Of a DNA stretch of 64,000 nucleotides, positions 12,103-23,636 are shown one piece after another. Every line of letters starts with the position of its first letter. The first letter of the stretch is position 1. Made by a program: the position numbers and the translations under genes. The stretch is from Microthyrium microscopicum (taxonomy: Eukaryota). The notes beneath the pieces were generated by a model. It was given only the letters and a program-made list of their open reading frames with translations, was not told where the DNA came from and searched no databases. Where the stretch lies: NCBI GenBank assembly GCA_010405405.1, contig MU004244.1:561895-625894 (forward strand). The letters run 5' to 3'.

Positions 12103-12595
12103 TCAGTTCTGAGGTTCGTTACAGCAAACCTCAATGTTATTTCCATTCATATCGTGGACAAACTATCATCATGTTAGAAAAGTCAATTAACGACAAAGCA
12201 AGACCACTTACTGCGCCGTAATAGTCAGGATGAATATTCGCTCTAGGTCCTGGTGCACCATTGTCTTTTCCGCCCGCCGCAAGTGCTGCCGCATGATATT
12301 TTCTGACCATTTCGTGATCTAATTAAAATCAGCATCGTTGCCAATTGAACAAAAAAAAGGTTTCATCACGAATCCTACCTTTGGCCCTCAGAGCAACATG
12401 AGCACCATTATCTCCTTCTTTCGCACCAGCAAATACCCAGATATCCGGCACGGGTCCATCGCCAAAACCGGCGGCTTGATTGGGCACTTCCTTTAGCTTG
12501 CTGTATCCGAGTGGCGCCAGGGCTGCTTCATAGTATTTGACTGTGTCATCGAAGCGGGCGGGTGTGGTTTTGATGAGAACGTGGTCGATAGGCAT
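12103..12595 (-). CDS. Glyoxalase/bleomycin-resistance (VOC) family protein, 3 exons
   Basis: MPIDHV...YYEAALAPLG...HVALRAK/DHEMVRKYHAAALAAGGKDNGAPGPR...YYGA/FVHDMNGNNIEV. Confidence 0.9.
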
Positions 12596-13195
12596 CTTGG
12601 AGATATTGATGAGATCTGATCTGAGTAAATTGTCAGGGCGAGTTTAATCAGAGGCAATTGTGTTGTGAGAGCTGACGACACGCGGCGTAGATATTTTCAG
12701 CAAGGAATGAAGCTGAAATGACTACTCCTTTATACATTCACTCACAGATCTTTTACAACTCAAAAAGTTATTTGTGCATATGATTCTCTGCTTCCAGAAT
12801 CTACAGATTTGGAATCCTCAGAGAAATTCATTGGACGCTGACTGATCTAGCCGAACATGCCGCATAACGTTCGGAATCCACAAGACCTAAATTCGATAGT
12901 CATTTACAATCGCCAAAAACCCGACAGATAACTCCGTGGCGGTTCTCGCTAACTTTCTCTCATAATCCGCTTTAGGAAATACAACCCTGGTCATTTTAGC
13001 GTCATGCCGCAACATGCGGCGATCAGGCTTGCCGCTTATTGACATCGCGCTTATGGACCAACGTATTTCTTCCAAGGTCTTTGGAGGCACCACTTTGACT
13101 GATACAATACACAATCGAAACTGATCAGGTCATTTGCAAGCTTTAACAAGATTGTACCGTGCCACTCCGTTCGGGTAACAAGGAACAACGTAATC

Positions 13196-14823
13196 ATGAA
13201 AGACGCAAACGCATATCAGCTCCATTGGATCGATACGACTAGCTCAGATGGACCGTTTGATAGATCGAAAGTACGACGCCAGACCATGCAAAAGGTAGCG
13301 TTAAGGCGGAAAAACCAGCCGAAGAAACCGCATCCGAATAGTAGACAGGTACCCATCTTCATACACGTGGACCAGGATAACGAGAGTCAAGAGCATCACA
13401 AGGATGAACAGACACACCCTGAGCTGGAGATCATAGACGCCGATGGATACCTACAGTCGGATGACACCATCATAGCTGGACTCACAGACCTCCACTGTCT
13501 GTCCCGTATAACATACCTCCCTGTCGACATTACATATCCGTCCATGCCTAGAAGATGCAAGGTAGACATATCAGACTTATCTCTCCTAGCTTCCATTGAT
13601 GTTGGAAGGTATACTGGCGAAAAACTTCTTAGGAATCCCCAGAATCTAGTCTTCTTCCTTGGAGGCAAGAACTGGTCTTTCTGTCGCTTCATCCCGTTCT
13701 TCTATAGCCGAAGCACTCTAGTGCAACATGCGACAGACTGTGTTTTAGCTCGCGTGAGGAGCTTTCTGAGTCCTGGAGAAGAATGGGAGTCTTTGGCGAT
13801 TTCATCGTACTCAAAGGCTCTTTGTATTTTGCAAGAGGCTATAAACTCTGCGTCACAGCCTCCTTCTGCGGATGTCTTGTGTGCTACGCAAATCCTGGGT
13901 TTATACGAAGTACGTATCAGACATTTTCTTGATGTGAGGTTGCTAACATGAGGCCCGGTAGCTGCTCAATCCGATCAGAAAAGGTGCGTGGTCGAAACAT
14001 GCCGCCGGTGCAGCCAGTATCATACGACTGCGTGGGCCTGATAGTTATGGTTCCGAGTTCGAGAAGAGTCTCTTGATGAGTCATGTAGGACCAATGGTAA
14101 GTTCTGTTCTTTCCTTGGTTGAAATCGATGATGAAGGTTTTGGTTCTGACACTACACCAGATCACTGAGGCTATACTGAACAACGAGAAGCTCTTTCTTG
14201 ACGATCCAATCTGGAGGACGGTCTTATTATCAGTAGTCACCGACAACCCCTTAGAGCCAGAACGAAGCACCATGGTCAATGCAATAGTTTCCATCCTCAT
14301 CGCCGTCCCCGGCCTCTTCAAAGACATCACGCACGCCATCTGCAACGACGACCAACAACCACTCACAACCACACTAGAATTAGTGTCACGCGCCAGGAAA
14401 TCCAAAGCAGCTCTCCGCCAATGGTATCGTACCTATTTTGGACTCTACGTTCATCCCACCAATGTGCATTCCGTTAACGACAATACCTTCAAGCTCATGG
14501 TGCTCTACTATATTTGCACCATATACGTCAATCGTCTGAGTACATGTATATTCTGGACTGATGAGGCGGACATTGAAGAGCTGGAAGAGGAGACGCAGCG
14601 GTGTGCGAAGTTTATCGTCACAATTTCCAAGGAGGAGGCGTATCAAAAGTTGCCGAGCTCGTTGCTTTTGGCGCAGAAAGTTCCTATTGCTGAGGCAGCA
14701 GTCCGATCTGCTGATGAATGGAGGGGGGATTGGAGTTTTGAGGAGGGTTCAAGTCGACTTTTCAAAGTATCGAGGAAGACATTTTCTCATTGGTGTGAGT
14801 TGTTTGGACGAAGGACAGTGTAA
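13196..14823 (+). CDS. Fungal transcription-factor-domain protein lacking a Zn2Cys6 cluster, 3 exons
   Basis: YSKALCILQEAI...LCATQILGLYE/LL...WSKHAAGAASIIRLRGP..YGSEFEKSLL...M/ITEA is typical of the C-terminal region of C6 factors. The N-terminus has a basic RSKVRRQTM segment but no Cys cluster. Confidence 0.75.
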
Positions 14824-15925
14824 TGAGGTACCTAGAGACGAGAAATGAATGTGTGCCATTATCCACCGTATAAGCTTGGGTCCATCTCCGAATATTAAAG
14901 AAACATGGTTACGATGGTTTAATTCATCTCTGTCTTCTGAAGAAGCATGGCTTTCATAAACATTTGACACAGAAAAGCACTCAGAGAGAGCCAGCAGATC
15001 TTGATGTTGTCTGTCCCATAACTCAGCATCCCTGTCGTTTGTCTACCCCTGTATGTTAGAATGATTGACAGGATCCGTATCTACTTTATTGCGGGAATGG
15101 CTTTCTCAAAGGAAATAATTAGATTGTTTGGAAGGGTTCGCGCTAGAAATGAATTGCGCATTGATATTCCTGAGTTAGTAGTTTGCCGGGTTCGGCGCGT
15201 GAGGCTCCTTCAAGGTGCAGGAACCGGGATGACCGAGTATCCGAAAGGAATGTACCGTTAGCTTTGTATCAACGCATAATAGGATTTTATTGTGGATATT
15301 TTTATGGTGGTGAAGTAGGATAGTTGCCACGGATGTGAGACTAGAGCTAAGAGGGGACGCATGTGTACCCCACGTTTTTACGGACCCCTCAATAAGGAGT
15401 CTCTCTACATCGCCAACGAGAGGCAAGGAGTATACAGAAAAGGTCACTGCCAGCAAACGACGCTTTGAGACTGCTTCAATAGCTCCTATCTTATCCTCAA
15501 TCTGTGATTGTATGATCAGAAAATCATATCAAACAAAGACCTCCGAGCCATCAACAAACCAGGGTTCGCCAACAGCTCGGGATTGATATTATAGATAAAA
15601 TAAAGAGTTGACTAGCAGCAGCCGTTTAGCAGAGCCGTGCTTCTAGAAAGGCGGGCTAGATCACAAACAGTCTGATCACTACAAACTAAAGTAGAATAGT
15701 AGTGATTTTTGCACGGGGCGGTGCCGAGGATAAGAGTAAGAAGCATATTGGTCCATTTCTGCAACCTCTCAAAGGCCTCGGTCCAACCACCACCTCCACC
15801 ACCTTCTTCAAAACACCCCGACTTTCTCATCCAATTCTCCTCCTTCACGATTTCCATCCTTCTCTCAAGAGTCTTGATCCATCTGACAATCATATCCCGA
15901 TTTCATCCTCTAATACACATTCACA

Positions 15926-17208
15926 ATGGCTTCTCCTCGTACGTACCCGACTTCCCCGCAATGTGTCACATGCTACATTGAAGCTGGAGCTCACGATGCT
16001 CAATTGCTTCATGTATTGCAAAAGTCGGCAATTTTTAAATGAAAGTTGAGGCTAACATGAATCCTCCTCACAGAGCAACTCCGAACAGTCACCACTGATC
16101 TCTTGAAGATCAACCACCCAGTTATGCTGGCTGGTATGAACGTCGCCGCTGGCCCCAAGCTCGCTGCCGCCGTCACCAATGCCGGAGGTCTCGGTGTTAT
16201 TGGAGGTGTCGGTTACACCCCAGACATGCTCCGCGAGCAAATCGCTGAGCTCAAGAGCTTCTTGAAGGACAAAAATGGCCCATTCGGTGTCGATCTACTC
16301 CTCCCACAAGTCGGTGGCAATGCCCGCAAGACCAAGTGAGTAATCAAACAATTCCGCTTACAGCCGAACCCCGAACAAAAAAACATGGAACTAATCTCTG
16401 AGATAGCTACGACTACACCAAGGGCAAGCTCGGCGAACTCGTCGACATCATCATCGAATCCGGCGCCCGCCTCTTCGTCTCCGCCGTCGGTGTCCCACCA
16501 AAGGCCGTCGTCGACAAACTCCACCAACACGGCATCCTCTACATGAACATGATCGGCCACCCCAAGCACGTCAAGAAATGCCTTGAACTCGGCGTCGATC
16601 TCATCTGCGCCCAGGGAGGTGAAGGTGGTGGACACACTGGGGACGTCCCCACCTCCATCCTCATCCCCACCGTCGTCGACCTCGTCAAGAACTCCAAGAG
16701 CCCCATGACCGGCCAGCCCGTGCAAGTCATCGCCGCCGGCGGAATCTTCAACGGCCAATCGCTCGCTGCTGCACTCATGCTCGGTGCGTCCGCCGTCTGG
16801 GTTGGAACACGCTTCGTGCTCTCCGAGGAGGCTGGTGCACCACGCGCTCATCAAGAGGCTGTTCGCACTTCTGGATTTGACGACAATATCCGTACTATCA
16901 TCTTCACTGGTCGACCACTGCGTGTCCGCAACAACCCATATATCTCCAACTGGGAGGAGAACCGTGCTTCTGAGATCAAGAGCTTGACTCAAGGCGGTAA
17001 GATCCCAGTCGAGTACGACATGGAGACCCTCGGTGATGACATTGATGATGACACTCTTGACAATGCCCGCCCCTTCCTTATGGGTAAGGCCGCTGCTGTT
17101 GTCAACGAGAAGAAGAGCGCCAAGGTGATTGTTGACGAGATGGTTGGTGATGCTGTTAGCTGGTTGCAGCGCGGAAACGGCTACATCACAAGCAAGGGAA
17201 AGCTATAG
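15926..17208 (+). CDS. Nitronate monooxygenase / 2-nitropropane dioxygenase family flavoprotein, 3 exons
   Basis: MASP/QQLRT...HPVMLAGM...GGLGVIGG...PFGVDLLLPQVGG...QGGEGGGHTG...AAGGIFNG...VWVGTRF. Confidence 0.93.
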
Positions 17209-17784
17209 ATGTATGCCGTGTGGAAGGGAGTTGTTAGATTGAAATTGGAAGAGCACGGGGACAGGCGGGTAGACTAAAGTTGGAACATGTCTTTTTCCAT
17301 TTCTTGTCATCGGTGTTTGATTGATTGATTTTTGTATGCAAAAGTAGCATCGGTTAGGTGTATTGATCAAGAAATCCAACTCTCGCCGTATAAATACTTT
17401 TTTATGTAGCTGTGACACTGACGGATGTGAGGCTCTACCTAATTGTCGGTATACGCTAAATTGGTCCCGTATTCCGTTCCTTCCACCAGATCTGTGCCAT
17501 GTGGTGCGATCTATGACATGTGCACCAATTCACGATCTCTACCACAGAATGACCCATCCATGCCCACCGCTCATAATCTTACTATACATAAGATGATCAA
17601 GGGCAAGTCATTATTGTATGTAATAAAAAAGAATCGAAATCAATAATCAAGATACGATGAAAATTTCTATAAGGCTATTCGCCAATACCTAAAACAAAAA
17701 GCGCGCCTCGCAGATGCAAAAAAAAACAGGGGGACACTTTTCATCTTTCACATTACACAGAATCTCCAACTTGCCCCATCCAAG

Positions 17785-20640
17785 CTAGAACATCCGTCCC
17801 CTAACACTCTCACCCCCCGGCGTCGTCGCCCGACTAACCGGCTCCCCCCTAATCCCCATCGGTCCCGCACCACCCAACAACGTCGCCTCCGGCGCCGTTC
17901 GTTGCGGACTATATTCTCTCAGCCCACTAGGCTGGTGGTATCCAGGCGCGTACTGCGTGCCCGAATTACCGAGAAGTGAGTCTCGTGAATTCACACGTTG
18001 GCCTGTTGGTTGGGCGCCTGGTCTGAATGGCACGGGCGGAGTGCCGTTGCGGAATGGTTGGGATGCTAGTGGTGTTTGGGCGCGAGAGATAGGGTCGGAG
18101 TAGAGATCGTCAGAGTTTTTGAAATCATCACGATTCTTGAAATTTTCGAAATCCATGTCTGATTCGTTGACGAATTCAAAGGGGGATGATTTGAGGTTTG
18201 CTTGGGATGTTTTGCGCATGTGGTTGCGGGACATGGAATGCATGCTGTAGACGTCTGAGTAGCCGGCGACGGAGGCCATGTCGTCGTCTGAGTCGGAGTC
18301 GAGACGGCCGTTGTAGACTTTGGAGAGCATGTGTTGCGCTTTGGCGTGGACCATTGGTGTGAGGAGGGGCTTGTACATGGCTGGGTGGCCGAAGCGGATG
18401 GCGATTTGGTTGGAGCGGGTGGATTTGTCGTCGTTGATGACTTCTTCGAGTTTGTTGGCGCGTGTGGTGTAGTACTCGCATTGGCCGTCGTAGGTACGTT
18501 TGCAGTACAGTTTGAAGAGGAGGAGGAGTATTGGGAGGGGTGCCATGGAGCCTAGCATCATTATCCAGGAATTGCCTGTACCCTGGCGGCGAGCGTAGAT
18601 GATGGCTCCGACGACGATATCGGACAAGAAGATGGCGAAGAGCATACGATTGAAAAGTACTTTCCAGAACCGACCACCGGATTCAGTCTTGGTGGTGAAG
18701 ACGTAAAGCAGTAGATATTTCTTAAGCCATGCATCTAAACAAAAGTAGAACGCTGTGATGGGTAATACGATTGGTTGAATAGTTGCAAAGCATAGTGTGA
18801 CGGTGCTGTAGAACAGAAAGTAGTTGTAGTAGCTTGCATAGTCGAATGGCGGAGGAGCGCTTAGTTCGATGAGTTGGCGAGGTGTTGGGCTCATGAATCG
18901 TCTTTTGAATGATCCCCAAGCCAAGTTTGCAATTTGAGCAAGATCTATGGCAGCACCAAGATTTCGTTGCAGTAGCCAGGATGCCCAGAACGGACTAACA
19001 TTGCAGAGAGCAACAAGAAGTTTGGTCCAGATGTCACCGTCCTTAATTGAGGACAATATGTCCTTGTTCTGTTGTCTAGCGCTGATAATGGCGGCAGCGT
19101 ATTGCCAAACAGCCCCAAAGACGGAAAACATGAGCAAGTTGTTGAAAACAAAGAAGGCGTACAGCTTGCTCAGAACATGGCGATCTCGAGACGTCTTTGT
19201 TTTGTCTCCAGCTCTCATAGCCAACCGCCTGAAAAGAATCGGAAGTACATAATAGAATCCGGAGGTCAAGGCTGGAGCAAGAATACCTTGGACAGCAGCC
19301 CAAGTCTTGTTGTTTTTGTGCAATTCGGTGTTAAACGCAGGCCAAATAAGCCCGAGATTACCCAAATTAGCCAGAAACACAGCAATGAGTGCGTTTGGTA
19401 CAACCCAGAGAAGAGTCAAGATAGCGATCCAAAGATTGTTGAATGCGCCGCGGACTCTTCGCTGTTGTGGAGAGAGTGGCAAGTTCTTCCAAATAATATC
19501 TGATGGCCGAGGAGCAAGAGTGATGTTAGATCCTTGTGGGTGCTTCCTTCGTCCTGCGTAAGCGACAGCATGAGCATCTTCAACGCCTTCATAGCTTGCA
19601 AATCCGTAGTTCATCGCATTACGTTGATCCAATGTGGCACGAACTCCTTTGATTTTGGCTTCCAGATCTTGTACGCGCCTGGTGAGATAATTGATGGCAT
19701 CAACCTTGCCTCCTTTGGTATATTCTGGATCCTTCCTCGATGGCTTGCACATTGGACGATTGGGCGGGAGTTTGTCAGGATTCTTCAAGTATTTTGCCAG
19801 TACGCCTTCCAGTTGGCGTACAAGTTCCTCGTGCTCTTCGATCAGATCTGGCAAGCCCTTGACATTACGCCCGATAGATCCTCGTGGAACGACGCTACTG
19901 CTCTTAACCGAATCGACAATTCGCACGACACCTTCGTCAGTTGTCAAGTTCTTGGGAATGTCCGTAACCATTACTGTCCGCGAATTGAGGCTAGCCTGGT
20001 ACTCAACACTTTCAAAGTAGTGGCGTCGGAGTTTGGCGACTCCACGATAATTCCACCAGAGAAATCCAACAACCACGAGATTCATAATCCACGCAGCCGC
20101 GACTATACCCCAGAAGATGGTGCCAACAAGGAACTGTGGAGTCAGTTTCATGAAGGCGGAGATGCCAACTGTGCCTTTCAATTGTGATTTTCCTCCGATC
20201 AAGTAGAGAGGAACCAAAATGCCACAACCAACTACCGTCAATACAAGAAACATGTTTCGACACATGTTGGTGAATCGAATGAAAACAGCTGCATCCATCC
20301 CGACTTTTTCTACCAACATGGCCTCCTTGGCTCTAACAATCGGGCCCACCCATGCAAAGGGCCCTTTTCCTATTATGGGAGGGGCATGTTTTTGATCGGC
20401 ATGGCGTAGACGTGGTGCGTAGACAACGGAGTTGTAAGGTCGAACGAAGCAGAATGCAAGAGCAATAACGGCAGTTGCTCCAAACGCAGTAATGAGAGAG
20501 GATATGAAAGCTTGAGATTGTAGTTGTGTATGAAAGGGGTCAGAGACGAGTTGTAGAAATTGGTCGAGGGGGCTCGATGAAGTCGCTGGAGGCGCAGCCG
20601 CAGCGCGAGCTATAAGATTGAGCACACCTGTGGGCTCCAT
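17785..20640 (-). CDS. OSCA/TMEM63 (DUF221, RSN1/PHM7-like) calcium-permeable stress-gated channel
   Basis: 951-aa intronless ORF with VYAPRL, GMDAAVFIRF, LAPRPSDIIWKNL, PPPFDYASYY, ESGGRFW and about 11 hydrophobic segments. Confidence 0.92.
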   Translation of the reverse strand: MEPTGVLNLIARAAAAPPATSSSPLDQFLQLVSDPFHTQLQSQAFISSLITAFGATAVIALAFCFVRPYNSVVYAPRLRHADQKHAPPIIGKGPFAWVGPIVRAKEAMLVEKVGMDAAVFIRFTNMCRNMFLVLTVVGCGILVPLYLIGGKSQLKGTVGISAFMKLTPQFLVGTIFWGIVAAAWIMNLVVVGFLWWNYRGVAKLRRHYFESVEYQASLNSRTVMVTDIPKNLTTDEGVVRIVDSVKSSSVVPRGSIGRNVKGLPDLIEEHEELVRQLEGVLAKYLKNPDKLPPNRPMCKPSRKDPEYTKGGKVDAINYLTRRVQDLEAKIKGVRATLDQRNAMNYGFASYEGVEDAHAVAYAGRRKHPQGSNITLAPRPSDIIWKNLPLSPQQRRVRGAFNNLWIAILTLLWVVPNALIAVFLANLGNLGLIWPAFNTELHKNNKTWAAVQGILAPALTSGFYYVLPILFRRLAMRAGDKTKTSRDRHVLSKLYAFFVFNNLLMFSVFGAVWQYAAAIISARQQNKDILSSIKDGDIWTKLLVALCNVSPFWASWLLQRNLGAAIDLAQIANLAWGSFKRRFMSPTPRQLIELSAPPPFDYASYYNYFLFYSTVTLCFATIQPIVLPITAFYFCLDAWLKKYLLLYVFTTKTESGGRFWKVLFNRMLFAIFLSDIVVGAIIYARRQGTGNSWIMMLGSMAPLPILLLLFKLYCKRTYDGQCEYYTTRANKLEEVINDDKSTRSNQIAIRFGHPAMYKPLLTPMVHAKAQHMLSKVYNGRLDSDSDDDMASVAGYSDVYSMHSMSRNHMRKTSQANLKSSPFEFVNESDMDFENFKNRDDFKNSDDLYSDPISRAQTPLASQPFRNGTPPVPFRPGAQPTGQRVNSRDSLLGNSGTQYAPGYHQPSGLREYSPQRTAPEATLLGGAGPMGIRGEPVSRATTPGGESVRGRMF

Positions 20641-21989
20641 GGTGGTTTGAATAAAGGAGGGAAGTCGAGGGATGTAGTATTTATGGTATGAGAAAGACTA
20701 ATTGTCGATCACGTTGGCCGGGAGGTGCTTATGGCGTAGTTGGTACGACCACTTTGCGGAAGGTTGTGAATCGGAACAAAGGGTGAAGCTTTATTATTAA
20801 AGGGCGAAGACAATGACAAACGGTGAGTGTCAATGCTCGGTTGTCAAAGAAAACTGGTGAATTTGCACAAAGAAAGGGTGTTGGCGTGTTCTATAGAAGA
20901 ATCGACAATGGAACCGGCCGCTGTTCGATGAGAAATTCAAAGGGTCATAACGATGGAGATATGCTGAGCACAACGAGAGTTGCAAAGAAGAAGCCGCAGC
21001 ACAAGAGGATGTGAAAGGAAGAAAAAAAGAGGTTATGGAGAAAAAGTTTGTCGGGAAAAGATGGTGTGGTGGGAAAGTGTAGGAATTGAAGAATGCAACT
21101 TTGTGTTGGAACTCCTGTCATCCATCATCTGCAGCCAAGATCAACCACTCCCAGAAAGGCAGAGATCCAGGGGCAAGACAAGGTTTAGGCCGAGTTGTTA
21201 AAAACCGCGTACACTCTCCCAAATCAAGCGTAAGCCTGAAGCAAACGCGCGCATGCATTTGTTCAAGGCCTGGAAAAAGCAAATGCATACTGGTCGGGTC
21301 TCAGTGGTTTCGCACTTGTCAGGCTGGCGTTTGTCGTGAACCAACCGATGGTCTGGCAGCGGGTGTTGGTCGCGCTCCCGACTGTTTACGATGAGGCTGA
21401 GCAATAAATAGATTATTCTTAGGATGCCACTTGCCCACGCACCCGCGGTTGGTACAGGTAGCGTTGCATGAAACATTGCAAGGTGTACAGTACCACACAA
21501 GGGAATGACAGGTACAGCGTTTAACCGTCGATCGCTCATCGCCGTCAATACATTAATATCCAATGTATCATTACGACGTCACTTGCATCTAACTTTCTAA
21601 ATATCTTTAACTTCACCCGCTGCTTTGGCATCATACGATAACCATCATATTGTTTCCTTTCGTAACTAAATTTAGTGCGGGATATGAATTTGTGAAGTCG
21701 AATCGCCCCTCGAAGTGGACATTTGGCAGGCGCCACGGCATCCACCAACGCGATTCTTTGCCACCACCCCAGTAACATCAAGATGCACTGCCAGCATCAA
21801 TACGGATTCATTATCGATTCTTCCCTGTTAATTCTCTGGGGTTTTACTGTTCAGCTGCGTTGATAAGTCGAAATCATACCAGTACAAGTCTATCGTGTGG
21901 AGAAGACGATCGGATAGCACTCCTTAATCATGAATGCAATCCTTACGCTCCATGCGCCTTTTATCAAAAATAGTCGTTATCAATACTAA

Positions 21990-23158
21990 CTACGTCTGAT
22001 TATCCTCTCCATTAAGAGGGCAAGAATTCGTCGCTTTTGTGTGATCGTGACTATCTTCTTCCTCATCTTCATCTTGTCCTTCTTTACTCTTCAAGAACTG
22101 TGAAGTATCAAACTCCTTCAAACCATCACCGTCCAGGACGAAACCAGCATCTCTCAAGCACGCCGTATATTCTGACCACAACACTTCCGCATCATCGTAT
22201 CTTCTGTATCGGCACTTCTTCAGGATCTCAGCGCCTGTAATACCATCGTATGCTCGAGGGAATTCAGGCACAGACATAGGTGGCCGAAGGTCCTTCCAAC
22301 GGCTCCACCAGTCTCCAGTCCACCAAATTTGAACAATAGTAGCCCAGTCATCAAGATCGCGCGCCATTGTCGGTTCGCCTTCCTGGTCCTCATCCCAACC
22401 CTTATCCCACGGCTCTGGAAATCTCAAACTAGACCCGTAGCCATCCTCGAAAGTTGCGTATAAGAACCCCACGACGCATAATGAGAGATCAGAAGTGAGA
22501 AATCTCGCACCAGGATGGCCGCACAAAATATCGCGAGAATGGAAGAATTTGATGAGTGATAGTAGTTGTAATGACCAATCGACGACGAGTGGTATGTATT
22601 CCGGGTTGAGAGGTGTAGGACTATCTTTCAGCTCTGGTGGATGCATTCTCTCACGGTGCTCGGCAATGAAGCGATACACAGGCGGGCCAGTAGGGCCAGC
22701 GAGAATCGGGAAGTCCAGTGTATGGACATCGTTCTATGTAGCGTAAGCTGCGCGAGTGGTCTTCTCCCAGCTTTTCGTAAGCGATACACGTCTTGAAGAA
22801 GTTTCGAGCGAATTGGTGCCAGTATGGCCCTGGTCTAAAGTCTTCATCAAATCCGTCAAACGCGAATGGGCGTAAGAGGCAGGTTGTCTGATCCAGCCAT
22901 TCTAATGTTCCTCATTCAAATCCCATTTGATATCAAGTTTTGGTATTTCGGCTAGATCCAAGAGCAATCAGCAAGGATTTTCAGAGACATCCGGGCCTTC
23001 GAGTTAGCCGTCATAGAGAAAACAGTGCAATATATACAGCCAGAAGAGAGCGCAACGTTCGTACCTGGAGCTGGTCGCGGATTTGTTTGATTTTGAGGAG
23101 GAGGTATTGGTGTGTAGTAAGGATGTTTCGGCTTCTGGTTGGGCTTTCTTCTTGCCAT
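21990..23158 (-). pseudogene. Protein-kinase-like (pseudokinase) gene with two apparent 1-nt frameshifts
   Basis: Kinase-fold-like segments AYEKLGEDHSRSLRYIER, WSLQLLSLIKFFHSRDILCG, FLTSDLSLCVVGF, DLDDWATIV...TG, ILKKC. The segment ~22710-22911 is out of frame with both flanks. Confidence 0.6.
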
Positions 23159-23636
23159 CTTGATATTGCTGTTGTCGGCTCCTTGATTTCCAATGGATGG
23201 CGGCGCCTAAATACACCTCGAAGACGAGAATCCTGCGGAAGATTGAGATAGAGTCGCAAGGACCAGCAAGCGTTACAAGTCCGATGAGCACTAACGCGTG
23301 CACTTTCTGGAGCAAGATGTTTGATTCAATACCCTCTTACGTGTATGGAAGAAAAGAACAGCTTGAACAAAGAAACGGGACATTAATGAAGAAGATCTCC
23401 TGGCGCATTGAGAACGCCACGAAATCCTTCGGAGCTCCTAACTTCCTCTCCGAATTTGCTTGAACATTTTCGGCGAATACACATCAACACATCGCGACCA
23501 TCACCTGCGAAATCTGCTATCATGCATATTAATGATCACAAGCTCTACTTCTGAGCGTCATTGATAGGAACAGCAGGAACGACGGGGCAATGCCCGCGGT
23601 TCTCCATCAATTGATTGCTATTGTTCGCCTTTTTTC

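Noticed and set aside
16213..16992. 259-aa minus-strand ORF, and similar antisense ORFs over GLS2, OSCA, NDK1 and SWIM-RING
   Set aside because: These are shadow ORFs produced by codon bias of the sense genes and carry no motifs of their own.
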